From NCBI RefSeq assembly GCF_000175255.2, contig NC_017262.1:600001-632000 (forward strand): DNA of 32,000 nucleotides, in the 5' to 3' direction. Under the pieces are notes generated by a model, which saw only the letters and a program-made list of their open reading frames with translations, was not told the origin of the DNA and did not search any database. Origin of the DNA: Zymomonas mobilis subsp. mobilis ATCC 10988 (GTDB lineage: Bacteria > Pseudomonadota > Alphaproteobacteria > Sphingomonadales > Sphingomonadaceae). Of the stretch, positions 8,551-19,212 are shown one piece after another; the stretch's first letter is position 1; every line of letters begins with the position of its first letter. The translations under genes and the position numbers were made by a program.

Positions 8551-10710
8551 TTACTGGAATGGCAAATAGCGCAAACTCAAGAATAATTCGCTCATATGCG
8601 TTGTCGGTGAACCGCCAGTGCCACGCCATGCCTCGCGGGTAGAATAGGCTAATTGGACACCGGCCTGAACCGTGCCATAATGGCCTTTCAAGAAACGCCA
8701 CCAGCCACCAATTGTCGCTTCACTAATCCGTTTTGTGCTACCAACACAAGCCGTCGAAAGCTCGGTATTACAACCGCTGTTATTATAAAGCGGATTACCG
8801 TACCCATAATCGTGCCCATTCTCGGTGAAATAAGAACGCCCAGATTCCTGAATTCCGTAATAGCCATAAAGATCAAGCCGTGGTGTAACATGCCCCATAA
8901 TACCAGCGGTTGCCTGCATACTCCATAAAGGAACAGGCCGCCCTTCGGCATCCAATGTGGCATCGGGTAACAAGGCGGCACCATAATGCCCGATCCCTTT
9001 CCCGACCAAACCAGCTAATCGCAATTCGACCTTTTTCGGGATCAATGGCAACACCATAGAACCACCACCACCGCCGGTCAGAACCGTATTATTATGCCCA
9101 ACACCATCAGCCGTGGTTACCCGATCATGTGGCATATGCATAATACCGACAACTTCATAATGCCCCCAAGCCGGATCCCAAGCCAATTTACCGATAATAT
9201 CGGGCGACACTTCGGCAGAATATGCCGATGGCTGGGTCAAACCGACACCATTTGAGGTAATGGTCGTTGTCGAACCATTGGGCATAACAATGCGTCCGGC
9301 ATTATTGGTGAAACCGGTTGTGTCATACATGGTAGCCGGATTTTCAATAGAAATCGCGGCCCAAAAACGATGGTTAAACCAGTCTTTAGCTACACGAACT
9401 TGCCACTGTCTTGCCCATGTCTGCCCAGCTAGAATAGAGGCTTCCGCGGTTTCAGCGACACTTTCCTGACGAGGCGTAATACCGACACGGTTCGGGGTTA
9501 ACAAACTCCATGCCTGACCACCCAAAACATGGAAATTATAGCGACTATCATCATATGCCAAATAGGCTTGGCGCAATCGGATAATATAACTGCTACTTTC
9601 ATAGGGGTTTGTTGTTGACCCCCCAGCCCCGAAATCAGTTTCAACAAAACCTGAAATCGTCGAATGTTGGGATACCGTGCCGCGCATCAATAGCGACAAT
9701 CGGGTATAGCGTGCGCTCGCTTCCGTATTCGCGGTATGATAGTCAGGATTATTTTTAAAGGGCATCGACTTCCATGAATTAAAGGTGCCGGAGGCTATAT
9801 GACGGTTTGAAACCAGACCAGAGGCATCAATAAAACCACCCAAAATAAAGGTCATCGGGCCCAGATTGAAAACGCCATGGTCACCCAAAGCACCCGCCAA
9901 CTGCGCACCGGCGGTTTCTCTTGGATGCGGACCCACGCCGTTATTGGCTGTCATCGAAATAATATCGCGGGCATGGCGCGCAATAATAGCTTCCGTCGGC
10001 ACATCCGTGTGTTTGAATAACTCGACTGCGCCGTTATCACCCTCTCTAATCTGGGCAATATCACCCCCTACATTACTAGCAAAAGCGGCATCTGCCTTTG
10101 CCTGATCGGTGCTGGTATTGGACGATGTCGAAGGCACATTGCCTAAATTAGCCATACCATATTGGTCGCTCTGATTTTGGAAAGGATCCATCACCAGATC
10201 GAGACTTTTATTGCTATCAGCAGCATTGCTTTTATTGGGAGCCGCTGAGGAAGCAAGCGCCGTGCTATTATTCCCTAGATTTGTAGCGGCTGTCGCAGTA
10301 GAATCCGGTGCTACCGTTGTCAAAGCAGGGGTATTTTTATCAGCCGTAGCCAGATGAGTATCCGCCGGAGTCTCATTCACTTTATTGGCTGGCGGTGTTA
10401 CAGCATTATTGGCCAGCATAGGCGCATTAGATGGAGCGGCTTCAGGCGTTTTTTTCTGATCTCCAGCCGAAGCCATGGTCGATTGCTGTTGTTTTTTTGC
10501 GAGTAATTGCTGTCTGACTGCCAATAAATCTTGCTGCAAAGCCGCCTGCGCCTGCTCAATATGGCGGATTTCCTGTTCAAGCGTTTCGATAGAAACGGCC
10601 TCATTCTTGGTAGCCGCCTGTCCAGTATTTTGAGCCGTGGCAGGGAATAAAGGTGCCATCATAAATCCGGCCAGCAATAGCTTCCGGCATCTTTTCGAGA
10701 CCCGCTCCAT
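8551..10710 (-). CDS. DcaP/porin-like outer membrane beta-barrel protein with coiled-coil N-terminus and long N/A/T/S/P-rich linker
   Basis: Signal peptide at MERVSKRCRKLLLAGFMMAPLFPATAQN (start at 10710; ORF open to 10797); heptad-like EAVSIETLEQEIRHIEQAQAALQQDLLAVRQQL; barrel-like alternating aromatic strands ending ...SLRYLPFQ. Confidence 0.8.
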   Translation of the reverse strand: MERVSKRCRKLLLAGFMMAPLFPATAQNTGQAATKNEAVSIETLEQEIRHIEQAQAALQQDLLAVRQQLLAKKQQQSTMASAGDQKKTPEAAPSNAPMLANNAVTPPANKVNETPADTHLATADKNTPALTTVAPDSTATAATNLGNNSTALASSAAPNKSNAADSNKSLDLVMDPFQNQSDQYGMANLGNVPSTSSNTSTDQAKADAAFASNVGGDIAQIREGDNGAVELFKHTDVPTEAIIARHARDIISMTANNGVGPHPRETAGAQLAGALGDHGVFNLGPMTFILGGFIDASGLVSNRHIASGTFNSWKSMPFKNNPDYHTANTEASARYTRLSLLMRGTVSQHSTISGFVETDFGAGGSTTNPYESSSYIIRLRQAYLAYDDSRYNFHVLGGQAWSLLTPNRVGITPRQESVAETAEASILAGQTWARQWQVRVAKDWFNHRFWAAISIENPATMYDTTGFTNNAGRIVMPNGSTTTITSNGVGLTQPSAYSAEVSPDIIGKLAWDPAWGHYEVVGIMHMPHDRVTTADGVGHNNTVLTGGGGGSMVLPLIPKKVELRLAGLVGKGIGHYGAALLPDATLDAEGRPVPLWSMQATAGIMGHVTPRLDLYGYYGIQESGRSYFTENGHDYGYGNPLYNNSGCNTELSTACVGSTKRISEATIGGWWRFLKGHYGTVQAGVQLAYSTREAWRGTGGSPTTHMSELFLSLRYLPFQ

Positions 10711-10960
10711 ACGCAAGGAAGAGGCCGTTTGGCCTTTGGCTACCGTTTGTTTTTTTCTGTTTTTCACGGTGTCACTATCGTTGGCATTGTGTTTCAAATT
10801 ATGACAGCCTCATTTAAATATTATTATACCGCAGAGTGAGACACTCTATTTTTTAACTTTTATTCCCATTTTTCCCCAAAAATATACAGATATTTTTACA
10901 CGGCTATTATTTTGATATGACAAAATTTATAAACAAAGAAGCCTAATGTAAGAAATTATT

Positions 10961-13741
10961 TCACTTCTCGCTTATTCTTGCTGCATCGGCCGCAGCAAGC
11001 AACCGTTTCTCGATTGCTTTCAACCGATTCTGATTTGTGATTTTATGGGAAAATAAATCAGAGACATAGAAAACATCGACAGCCCGTTCTCCATAAGTGG
11101 CGATATGAGCCGAACTAATCGTTAAACGGGCATTAAACAGGGCGCAACCCAGATCATGGAGCAAGGCAGGCCTGTCTTGGGCGTTGACTTCAATGACGGT
11201 AAAGCGATCAGAAGCCTGATTGTCAATAAAAACCAAAGGTTCGACATGGAACGCCTTGCCACGCCAAAAGAGGGGCGGACGGAGGGCTGCTAATTTATTG
11301 CTACTTCGAATATGGCTGGTCGCGGCATCCTCAATAGCCTGCATCATCCGGTTCAGATGCTCACCGGATTTAATCATGCCCCCTTGGCTATTTTGGACTA
11401 ATAAATTATCCATCGCCATACCGTCGCGGGTCGTATGAATACGAGCATCAAGAATATTGCCGCCAGTCGCATGGATAGCCCCAGAAATCCGGTAGAAAAA
11501 CCCTGGATGATCGATCGCATAGAGACTTATCATCGTGGCATCATAAGCGGGCATCTCATGCCCCCTTACCGAGATGGATTGCCCCTTACTATCCGTGTCT
11601 ATTATCTGTTGCATATTGGCGGCAATGACGTCGGTTCGTTCTGAAAACCAATAGTCATCCGGCAAACGCTTTACCAAAGCATGGAATAAATCCTTATCCC
11701 AATCCAGCTTTTCACTGACATCATTCTGGCGGTTTTCAATCCGCTGCCGCCTTCCGGCACCATGTCCGGTCGGGCCCTCCAAAAGGCATTGAGAGCAAGC
11801 CTCATAGAGAGAGGTCAATAACTGGTTCTTCCAACTATTCCAGATATGGGGGCCAACAGCCGAAATATCCGCCACCGTTAAAAGATATAACAAACGCAGT
11901 CTTTCAGGACTTTTGACGGCATTTGCGAAATCAGTAATCGTTTTGGCATCCGCTAAATCACGCTGAAAAGCGGTATGAGACATCAATAAATGATTTTTGA
12001 CCAGCCATGCCACCAGCTTCGTTTCAGCCGCAGTTAAGCCGAAACGCGGACATAAACGTAAGGCGATTTCCGCGCCCAAAGCAGAATGACTTCCCTCTCG
12101 GCCTTTGGCAATATCATGCAAAAACAAAGCCATATATAGCACAAGACGGGCATTCAGTTGTTTAAACAGCCGACTTCCCAAAGGATATAAATCTTCAAGC
12201 TTGTTGTTTTCTATCTGCCATAAAATATCCAATGCTCGGATGGCATGTTCATCGACTGTATAATGGTGATACATATCGAATTGCATCTGGGCGACGATCC
12301 GGCCAAAATCAGGAATAAACCGCCCTAAAACGCCGGTATTATTCATAATTTTCAAAATCGGGGCAGGATTATAAGGCAAGGTAAAAAGCGTTAAAAAAGC
12401 CGCATTACAAACAGGGTTATTCTGTAACGCCTCGTCAATCAGACGGGCATCGCGTCCGGCTTGGCGTAAAGTCAAAGGATGAATATCCAAACGATGACGA
12501 TAGGCGACGGCAAAAAGGGTAATCAAAGCCGCCGGATTGTGGCGAAAGAAAAAATCATCATCAAGGACAATTTCGCCTTGAATAACGGGAAAACCATCAA
12601 TCTGTTTTGAAGCCCCCGACCGCCTGCTTTTCGGCTTCAAATAATGGTTAACCTTCAAGGCATCAATGAAAAGCGCAGCCAGATTTCCGACCATCTTCGT
12701 GACCAGAAAATAGTGATGCATAAAGCGCTCGACAGCTGATTTCCCCGATTTCGAGCGATAGCCCATCTTTTCAGCCAGACTGCGCTGGACATCAAAATTC
12801 AATCTTTCTTCGGGGCGTTTAACTAAAATATGCAAATGACAGCGCACTGCCCATAGAAAATTTTCGCAGCGACGGAATCTTTTTGCCTCATGCCCCGCAA
12901 TCAGATCGGCTTTTACCAAGGCGTAATCAGTCAAAATAGGCGAAGTCAGAACCGTATGACGGGCTTCTTTTTCCAAATACAAATATTTGGCGATCCAGAA
13001 CAGGCTTTGCAGATCCCGCAATCCGCCCTTGCCTTCTTTCAAATGCGGTTCAACCAGATAGCGGCTGTCGCCACGGGCCAAATGCCGCTCATCCCATTCC
13101 AATAATTTGGCAGCAACAAAGTCACGCCCCGAACCCGCAACCACCTTTTGGATAAAACGGGTCGAAGCCTCTTCAAACAACGCCTTATCACCGACCAGAT
13201 AGCGACTTTCTAAAAGAGCTGTTCTGATCGTGATATCTTTTTTCGCCATTTTTACCATATCGCTTAAACTGCGATGGGATTGGCTAACCCGTAAACCGAC
13301 ATCCCAAAGCAAGGATATCAAGGATTCAATCAATTTTTTTTGAGCTTTGCGGGGTGATCGTCGGGATAAAAAGGCGATATCCACATCGGAATGCAGTGCC
13401 ATCTCACCTCTGCCATATCCGCCCACCGCTAAAATAACCAGATTATCGGTCGCTTTTTCGTCATCGCCGACCATGGCATACAAGGCCAACTGAATAATCT
13501 GATCGGTAAGATAGGCATAACTCAAAGCCGCAATTCGGCCTTGATGCGGGCGGCGGGTCAAAGCCTCGGCAATAACCTCCCGTCCTTTTAAAACGGTCTG
13601 TTTTAATACAAGGCTGACAGCACGGTATTCCGAAACCGGATCACCGGCTGCCACCTTTTTAATCGAAGCGATTTCTTCTTTTATGGCCGGATAATCAATA
13701 ATCTGTGGCTGGGAAGCCAAGGATAAAAAAGATACCGGCAT
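10961..13741 (-). CDS. glnD: [Protein-PII] uridylyltransferase / bifunctional nitrogen sensor GlnD
   Basis: 926 aa; nucleotidyltransferase GGYGRGEMALHSDVDI; HD domain HHYTVDEHAIRAL and FLHDIAKGR; C-terminal ACT domains. Confidence 0.97.
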   Translation of the reverse strand: MPVSFLSLASQPQIIDYPAIKEEIASIKKVAAGDPVSEYRAVSLVLKQTVLKGREVIAEALTRRPHQGRIAALSYAYLTDQIIQLALYAMVGDDEKATDNLVILAVGGYGRGEMALHSDVDIAFLSRRSPRKAQKKLIESLISLLWDVGLRVSQSHRSLSDMVKMAKKDITIRTALLESRYLVGDKALFEEASTRFIQKVVAGSGRDFVAAKLLEWDERHLARGDSRYLVEPHLKEGKGGLRDLQSLFWIAKYLYLEKEARHTVLTSPILTDYALVKADLIAGHEAKRFRRCENFLWAVRCHLHILVKRPEERLNFDVQRSLAEKMGYRSKSGKSAVERFMHHYFLVTKMVGNLAALFIDALKVNHYLKPKSRRSGASKQIDGFPVIQGEIVLDDDFFFRHNPAALITLFAVAYRHRLDIHPLTLRQAGRDARLIDEALQNNPVCNAAFLTLFTLPYNPAPILKIMNNTGVLGRFIPDFGRIVAQMQFDMYHHYTVDEHAIRALDILWQIENNKLEDLYPLGSRLFKQLNARLVLYMALFLHDIAKGREGSHSALGAEIALRLCPRFGLTAAETKLVAWLVKNHLLMSHTAFQRDLADAKTITDFANAVKSPERLRLLYLLTVADISAVGPHIWNSWKNQLLTSLYEACSQCLLEGPTGHGAGRRQRIENRQNDVSEKLDWDKDLFHALVKRLPDDYWFSERTDVIAANMQQIIDTDSKGQSISVRGHEMPAYDATMISLYAIDHPGFFYRISGAIHATGGNILDARIHTTRDGMAMDNLLVQNSQGGMIKSGEHLNRMMQAIEDAATSHIRSSNKLAALRPPLFWRGKAFHVEPLVFIDNQASDRFTVIEVNAQDRPALLHDLGCALFNARLTISSAHIATYGERAVDVFYVSDLFSHKITNQNRLKAIEKRLLAAADAARISEK

Positions 13742-13754
13742 AAAATTTCCTCAC

Positions 13755-15734
13755 TTATTTCAGATCGGGCGGGGTGGCCTCCTCCAACAATAAGGCAATT
13801 GCTTCATCAACCGAAAGAATAATCTGGTCGCGGCTGCCCAATTTTCTGATAGCCACTTTGCCTTCTTCGGCTTCGCGTTTACCGACCACCAAAATATTCG
13901 GCACTTTGGTCAGACTATGTTCGCGAATCTTGTAGTTGATTTTTTCGTTACGAATGTCGGAAACGACCCGCAAACCGGCAGCTTTCATCTTTTCAACAAC
14001 CGATTCAGCAAAGCTGTCTGCTTCTGAAACAATGGTTGCCACAACGGCTTGAACCGGTGCCATCCACAGTGGGAAACGTCCGGCATGATGCTCGATCAAA
14101 ATACCGATAAAGCGTTCAAAGGTGCCGATAATCGCACGATGAAGCATAACAGGCCGTTTGCGGCTACCATCTTCGGCGACATAGCTGGCATCCAGTCTTT
14201 CCGGCAGAACATAATCAAGCTGCAAGGTGCCGCATTGCCATGTCCGGCCAATTGCATCCGTCAAATGGAATTCGAGTTTCGGGCCATAAAAAGCGCCCTC
14301 ACCCGGCAATTCTTCATAATCGGTAATACCGACCTGTTCCAAAGCCGAGCGCAGACCATTTTCAGCATTATCCCATAATTCATCATCACCGGCACGCAAT
14401 TCAGGCCGCAAGGATAATTTCACAGCATAGCTGGTAAAGCCCAAATCGCGATAAATTGAATCCAACAGATTCACAAAATCTTTGGTTTCGGTAACGATTT
14501 GTTCGGCGGTGCAGAAGATATGGGCATCATCTTGGGTCAACTGACGAACCCGCATCAAACCATGTAAAGCGCCATGGGCTTCATTGCGATGACAGCAACC
14601 AAATTCCAGCATTCTTAAAGGCAGTTCGCGATAGGAACGAATACCCTGTTTAAAAATCTGGATATGAGCAGGGCAGTTCATCGGCTTCAAAGCCATCAGA
14701 TTACCCTTACCCGACAATACCGGCTTATCTGGATCGGTGCTTGGGATTTCGTCAGGAACGACGAACATATTCTCGCGGAATTTGCCCCAATGTCCAGAAG
14801 CCTCCCACAAAGCCGCATCCATCAATTGCGGCGTTTTCACTTCTTTATAATTGGCATTCTTCATGCGACGACGAAGATAGGCTTCCAACTGTAACCAGAT
14901 GGTATAGCCATTCGGATGCCAGAAAACCGAACCTTGGGCTTCCTGCTGTAAATGGAATAAATCCATTTCCTGACCCAAACGACGATGATCGCGTTTCTGG
15001 GCTTCTTCCAGTCTTTCGAGATGCACTTTCAGCTGCTTGGCGTTTAACCAACCGGTGCCGTAAATACGGCTCAACATGGCATTATTCTGGTCACCACGCC
15101 AATAGGCACCCGAAACACGGGTCAGCTTAAAGGCCTTTGGATCAAGTTTTCCGGTAGAAGGCAGATGAGGCCCCCGACACATATCGAACCACTCTCCGGC
15201 GCGATAGATAGTCAGCTCCTGCCCTTCCGGTAATTCTTTTGCCCATTCGGCCTTGAATTTTTCGCCCTGCGATTCCCAAAGGGAAATCAGCTTGTCCCGT
15301 TCCCAAACTTCACGCACCAATGCATTATTCTGGGCGATAATTTTCCGCATTTCGGCTTCGATCAGCGGCAAATCTTCTTCGGTGAAAGGCCGATCTTTCG
15401 GCGCAAAATCATAATAGAAGCCGTCATCTGTCACTGGACCAAAAGTAATTTGGGTTCCGGGGAATAATTTCTGGACAGCTTCTGCCAAAATATGGGCATA
15501 ATCATGCCGCACCAGTTCCAGCGCCTCGGCTTCATTTTCGGCCGTAATGATTTCCAACCGGCCATCTTCCAAAAGCGGCTGAGAAAGATCTATCATCTGA
15601 CCATTAAAACGGGCGGCCAAAGCCTTTTTGGCAAGGGATGTAGAAATAGAGGCGGCGATCTGGGTGGTAGTAGTGCCCTGCAGAACCTCGCGCTCCGAAT
15701 TGTCAATAAGCGTGATCCTGATCTTCTCAGCCAT
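13755..15734 (-). CDS. thrS: Threonyl-tRNA synthetase
   Basis: 659 aa; TGS domain; HDYAHILAEAVQ; MKPMNCPAHIQIFK; RVRQLTQDDAHIFC; class II motif 3 and anticodon-binding domain. Confidence 0.98.
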   Translation of the reverse strand: MAEKIRITLIDNSEREVLQGTTTTQIAASISTSLAKKALAARFNGQMIDLSQPLLEDGRLEIITAENEAEALELVRHDYAHILAEAVQKLFPGTQITFGPVTDDGFYYDFAPKDRPFTEEDLPLIEAEMRKIIAQNNALVREVWERDKLISLWESQGEKFKAEWAKELPEGQELTIYRAGEWFDMCRGPHLPSTGKLDPKAFKLTRVSGAYWRGDQNNAMLSRIYGTGWLNAKQLKVHLERLEEAQKRDHRRLGQEMDLFHLQQEAQGSVFWHPNGYTIWLQLEAYLRRRMKNANYKEVKTPQLMDAALWEASGHWGKFRENMFVVPDEIPSTDPDKPVLSGKGNLMALKPMNCPAHIQIFKQGIRSYRELPLRMLEFGCCHRNEAHGALHGLMRVRQLTQDDAHIFCTAEQIVTETKDFVNLLDSIYRDLGFTSYAVKLSLRPELRAGDDELWDNAENGLRSALEQVGITDYEELPGEGAFYGPKLEFHLTDAIGRTWQCGTLQLDYVLPERLDASYVAEDGSRKRPVMLHRAIIGTFERFIGILIEHHAGRFPLWMAPVQAVVATIVSEADSFAESVVEKMKAAGLRVVSDIRNEKINYKIREHSLTKVPNILVVGKREAEEGKVAIRKLGSRDQIILSVDEAIALLLEEATPPDLK

Positions 15735-15997
15735 TCTCGTCTTTCTTTTATTTCAAAGATGTTAATATCGAAGCGGCAAAACCGCTTCAGAGGCTTATGC
15801 GCGGTCTTACCCTTATGTTGCAACCTCTGATCTGCGCTAATGATACATTATATCATCAATAGCAAGCCCACAGGATTCTAGCAGTTAAGATAGACCCCTT
15901 CTAAAAAAAGCGTTAAAGATATTAGCTTTATAAATCCAGTAAGTAAGCTGGCGTTATTTCAGAACTGACAGTTTTTTAAAGTAGGCTTATTACGACG

Positions 15998-16741
15998 ATG
16001 ACAAGTGCTTTTATCAAATCGGCTCATGGGAAACAGTTATCCTATCATAAATTGGAAGGATCAGGCCCCACCATCGTCTTCCTACCGGGCTATATGTCCG
16101 ATATGCACGGTTCCAAAGCCATCGCCCTCGGCGCATGGGCGGCTGAAAAGAAACGTTCCTGCCTGCGCTTTGACTATTCCGGCTGCGGCGAAAGCGAAGG
16201 CGATTTTCAAGACGGTACACTGACCGAATGGCTGGAAGACTGCCTGTCCGTCATTGACCAACTCACCGAAGGCCGTCTTATTCTGGTCGGCTCTTCTATG
16301 GGCGGCTGGCTGATGTTGTTGGCGGCACTTCGTCGCCCTGAACGGATTGCGGGATTGGTCGGCTTGGCTGCTGCGCCTGATTTCACGGAATGGGGTTTCT
16401 CTGAAAAGGAGAAGGCGATTATCGAACAACAGGGGAAATTAGTTATCCCTGTTGATGATGCCGGTAATGAAGTCTTTGTCACCCGCGCCTTTTGGGAAAG
16501 TGGTCAAAAAAATCTACTCATGACCCAAAAAATCGACATTCAATGCCCTGTCCGTCTTATCCAAGGCCAAAAGGATACAGAAGTGCCATGGCAAAATGCC
16601 TTGATGCTTTCTGAAAAACTGGCCTCTGATAATATTCGCGTCACGATGGTCAAAGATGCCGATCATAGACTGTCACGTTCTTCGGATATTCATCTGATTA
16701 TCAATACTCTGTCCGAATTATTGGCCGAAATTCCCGCCTGA
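15998..16741 (+). CDS. Alpha/beta hydrolase
   Basis: 247 aa; FLPGYMSDM, nucleophile elbow GSSMGGW, FDYSGCGESEGDF, catalytic DADHRLS. Confidence 0.93.
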   Translation: MTSAFIKSAHGKQLSYHKLEGSGPTIVFLPGYMSDMHGSKAIALGAWAAEKKRSCLRFDYSGCGESEGDFQDGTLTEWLEDCLSVIDQLTEGRLILVGSSMGGWLMLLAALRRPERIAGLVGLAAAPDFTEWGFSEKEKAIIEQQGKLVIPVDDAGNEVFVTRAFWESGQKNLLMTQKIDIQCPVRLIQGQKDTEVPWQNALMLSEKLASDNIRVTMVKDADHRLSRSSDIHLIINTLSELLAEIPA

Positions 16742-16766
16742 TATTTCCCGATAAAAAGCAGGTATC

Positions 16767-17792
16767 ATGATCCTTTCTCTTTTTGCTTTACTCGCTGCCA
16801 CTGACCAGATGGCTCCACCGGCTGCCAATAGCGCACCGGTTGAAGCTGCCTCGGAAATCCCGTCGCTTTCTTTGCCCAAATCACCGGTTTTTCTGGCAAC
16901 AGGCCCCCGAGAAAGCACCCCCAAACTGACCAATTCTCCCAAAGAAACCACGACATCAGCCCCTTCGGGAGCGGCAAAAAACGTAAAAAAAAACAGCCGT
17001 GATCGAAAAAAAGAAAAACAAGATAACGAGACCCTAAAGGTCATTGTGCCAAATGCCAGCTTGAAACAACGCTATGACCAATGCGTTAATATGATTGACC
17101 GCGACCCCGAACAGGCCGCCGAAATCGCTAATACATGGCGTTTAAGTGCAGGAGGTGTGCTAGCCAACCAATGTTTGGGCATGGCCTATGTCGCCCTTGG
17201 TCGGTATTCTGCGGGGGTTGATTCCTTTGAACAGGCCGCAAGGGAATCCGATCTTGAACATGATGGCCGCTCTGCCATTTTCTGGTCACAAGCGGGAAAT
17301 GCCGCCTTGGCTAATCAGGACCCGGGGGCGGCGCGCAATGCTTTCGATCATGCGCTGATGTCACCGGTTATGCCGGATAAAATGCGGGGCAATACCCTAT
17401 CCGACCGCGCCCGCGCAGATGTTGCGGTGGGCGACTATGCCATTGCCCGACAGGATATCGACAAAGCTCTCAAGCTTATTCCGAAAGATGCCACCGCATG
17501 GCTCATGTCAGCTACTTTGGCACGGCATCAAGGGGATTTGACCCGTGCCAAAAATGATATTACCGAGGCAGAAAAATTCGCGCCACTTGATACCCATGTT
17601 TCTTTTGAAAAAGGCCTGATTTACGCCCTTTCTGGCGATAAAGAGACAGCAAAATCAGCATGGGAAAGAACTATTCGAGCCAATCCCTCCGCCGAAATTG
17701 CTGAGGTCGCGCGCAAGGCACTTTCTGAAATAGATGATATGCCAGCCAATGCCGCAACAGAACCAAAATCGACAGCGCCCAAAGCACCCTAA
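16767..17792 (+). CDS. Exported tetratricopeptide-repeat protein
   Basis: 341 aa; N-terminal signal-like MILSLFALLAAT; TPR-like units (GDYAIARQDIDKALKLIPKDATAWLMSATLARHQGDLTRAKNDITEAEKFAP). Confidence 0.85.
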   Translation: MILSLFALLAATDQMAPPAANSAPVEAASEIPSLSLPKSPVFLATGPRESTPKLTNSPKETTTSAPSGAAKNVKKNSRDRKKEKQDNETLKVIVPNASLKQRYDQCVNMIDRDPEQAAEIANTWRLSAGGVLANQCLGMAYVALGRYSAGVDSFEQAARESDLEHDGRSAIFWSQAGNAALANQDPGAARNAFDHALMSPVMPDKMRGNTLSDRARADVAVGDYAIARQDIDKALKLIPKDATAWLMSATLARHQGDLTRAKNDITEAEKFAPLDTHVSFEKGLIYALSGDKETAKSAWERTIRANPSAEIAEVARKALSEIDDMPANAATEPKSTAPKAP

Positions 17793-17994
17793 AATTTTTG
17801 AGACGAAAGCGCCTTTTTCTGCCAAAATCTTAAAAATAAAAGCAATAAGCGGTGATAGGATAAAAAAACAAAGAGAATGCAGATAAGGCAGCCTTTTTCT
17901 GTATTTTTTTCTATAAAAGAGAATGGTTGCAGTCATTTTGCAAAAGCCGGTATTTTACAGGCCAAGGTAGAATCTGTTCTGAAAGGCATGAGCG

Positions 17995-18408
17995 ATGCGT
18001 TATATTCATACGATGATCAGGGTTTCCGATCCTGATGAAACTATTCGTTTTTTCAGTTTTCTTGGACTTGAGGAAGTAGGACGGGTCAATAATAACGAAG
18101 GCCGCTTTACGCTCATCTATCTGGCTGTGCCGAATGACAATGTTCAGGTCGAATTGACGTGGAATTGGGATGAAAAAGGCTATGAAGGCGGCCGCAACTT
18201 TGGGCATCTCGCTTTTGAAGTCGATAATATCTACGACAGCTGCCAAAAACTGATTGACGGTGGTTATGTCATCAACCGTCCGCCTCGTGATGGATGGATG
18301 GCTTTTGTCAGAACGCCGGATCAAATCTCAATCGAGTTATTGCAGGCCGGTGACAAGCTGGAACCGATAGAGCCTTGGAAATCCATGCCGAATACGGGTA
18401 GCTGGTAG
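17995..18408 (+). CDS. gloA: Lactoylglutathione lyase (glyoxalase I, VOC family)
   Basis: MRYIHTMIRVSDPDETIRFF...LELTWN-like VELTWNWDE...GHLAFEVDNIY...FVRTPDQISIELLQ. Next to gloB-like gene. Confidence 0.92.
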   Translation: MRYIHTMIRVSDPDETIRFFSFLGLEEVGRVNNNEGRFTLIYLAVPNDNVQVELTWNWDEKGYEGGRNFGHLAFEVDNIYDSCQKLIDGGYVINRPPRDGWMAFVRTPDQISIELLQAGDKLEPIEPWKSMPNTGSW

Positions 18409-18449
18409 AAGCAGCCCTATCGTCATTTTTCCGAAAAAGGACATCTGAA

Positions 18450-19175
18450 ATGACTATCGAAATAGTGGCGGTGCCAGCCTTTGAAACCAATTATATTTGG
18501 CTACTTCACGACAAAGTCAGCGATAAAACTGTAGTGGTTGATCCGGGACAGGCTGAACCCGTCTTGGATTTTATTCAGAAAAAAGGCTGGGAAGTAACCC
18601 AGATATGGAACACCCATTGGCATAATGACCATACCGGCGGCAATGAAGTCATCAAGGCTGAAACCGGTTGCGATGTCATCGGGCCTTCTCATGAAAGCCA
18701 CCCGATACCGGCTATTGATATCAAGGTCGATGAAGGCGATGAAATCGGATTAGGTAGTCTTGTTGCCAAAGTTATGGCGATTCCAGCTCATACCCTCGGC
18801 CATGTCGCCTATTATATTCCCGATCATCATGTTCTTTTCTGCGGTGACACCCTTTTTGCAATGGGCTGCGGCCGGATTTTTGAAGGAACGGCTGAACAAA
18901 TGTGGCAGGCGTTACAACGCTTTGCGGCTCTGCCTCCCGAAACAAAGGTCTATTGCGGCCATGAATATACGCAGGATAACGGCCATTTCGCGCTGACTGT
19001 TGATCCTGATAATCAGGCCTTGCAAAAACGGGTCAAAGAAGTCGATCTTCTCCGCGCTCAAGGTAAAATCACTCTGCCAACAACTATTGCTCTCGAAAAA
19101 GCCACCAATCCTTTTATGAGAGCAAAAAATCCCGAAGAATTGGCTAAACTCCGCAAGGCCAAAGATATTTTCTAA
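18450..19175 (+). CDS. gloB: Hydroxyacylglutathione hydrolase (glyoxalase II)
   Basis: 241 aa; NTHWHNDHTGGN, ALPPETKVYCGHEYTQDN, TIALEKATNPFMR. Confidence 0.95.
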   Translation: MTIEIVAVPAFETNYIWLLHDKVSDKTVVVDPGQAEPVLDFIQKKGWEVTQIWNTHWHNDHTGGNEVIKAETGCDVIGPSHESHPIPAIDIKVDEGDEIGLGSLVAKVMAIPAHTLGHVAYYIPDHHVLFCGDTLFAMGCGRIFEGTAEQMWQALQRFAALPPETKVYCGHEYTQDNGHFALTVDPDNQALQKRVKEVDLLRAQGKITLPTTIALEKATNPFMRAKNPEELAKLRKAKDIF

Positions 19176-19188
19176 AATATCCTTTTTC
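19164..19188 (+). terminator. Possible weak AT-rich terminator at the gloB stop codon
   Basis: GATATTTTCTAAAATATC followed by CTTTTTT. Confidence 0.4.
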
Positions 19189-19212
19189 CTCTTTTCGACC
19201 CAAGGAAATAGC

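Noticed and set aside
17655-17936. 93-aa minus-strand hydrophobic ORF
   Set aside because: Overlaps antisense with the 3' end of the TPR gene and AT-rich intergenic DNA; not supported by neighbours or a terminator.
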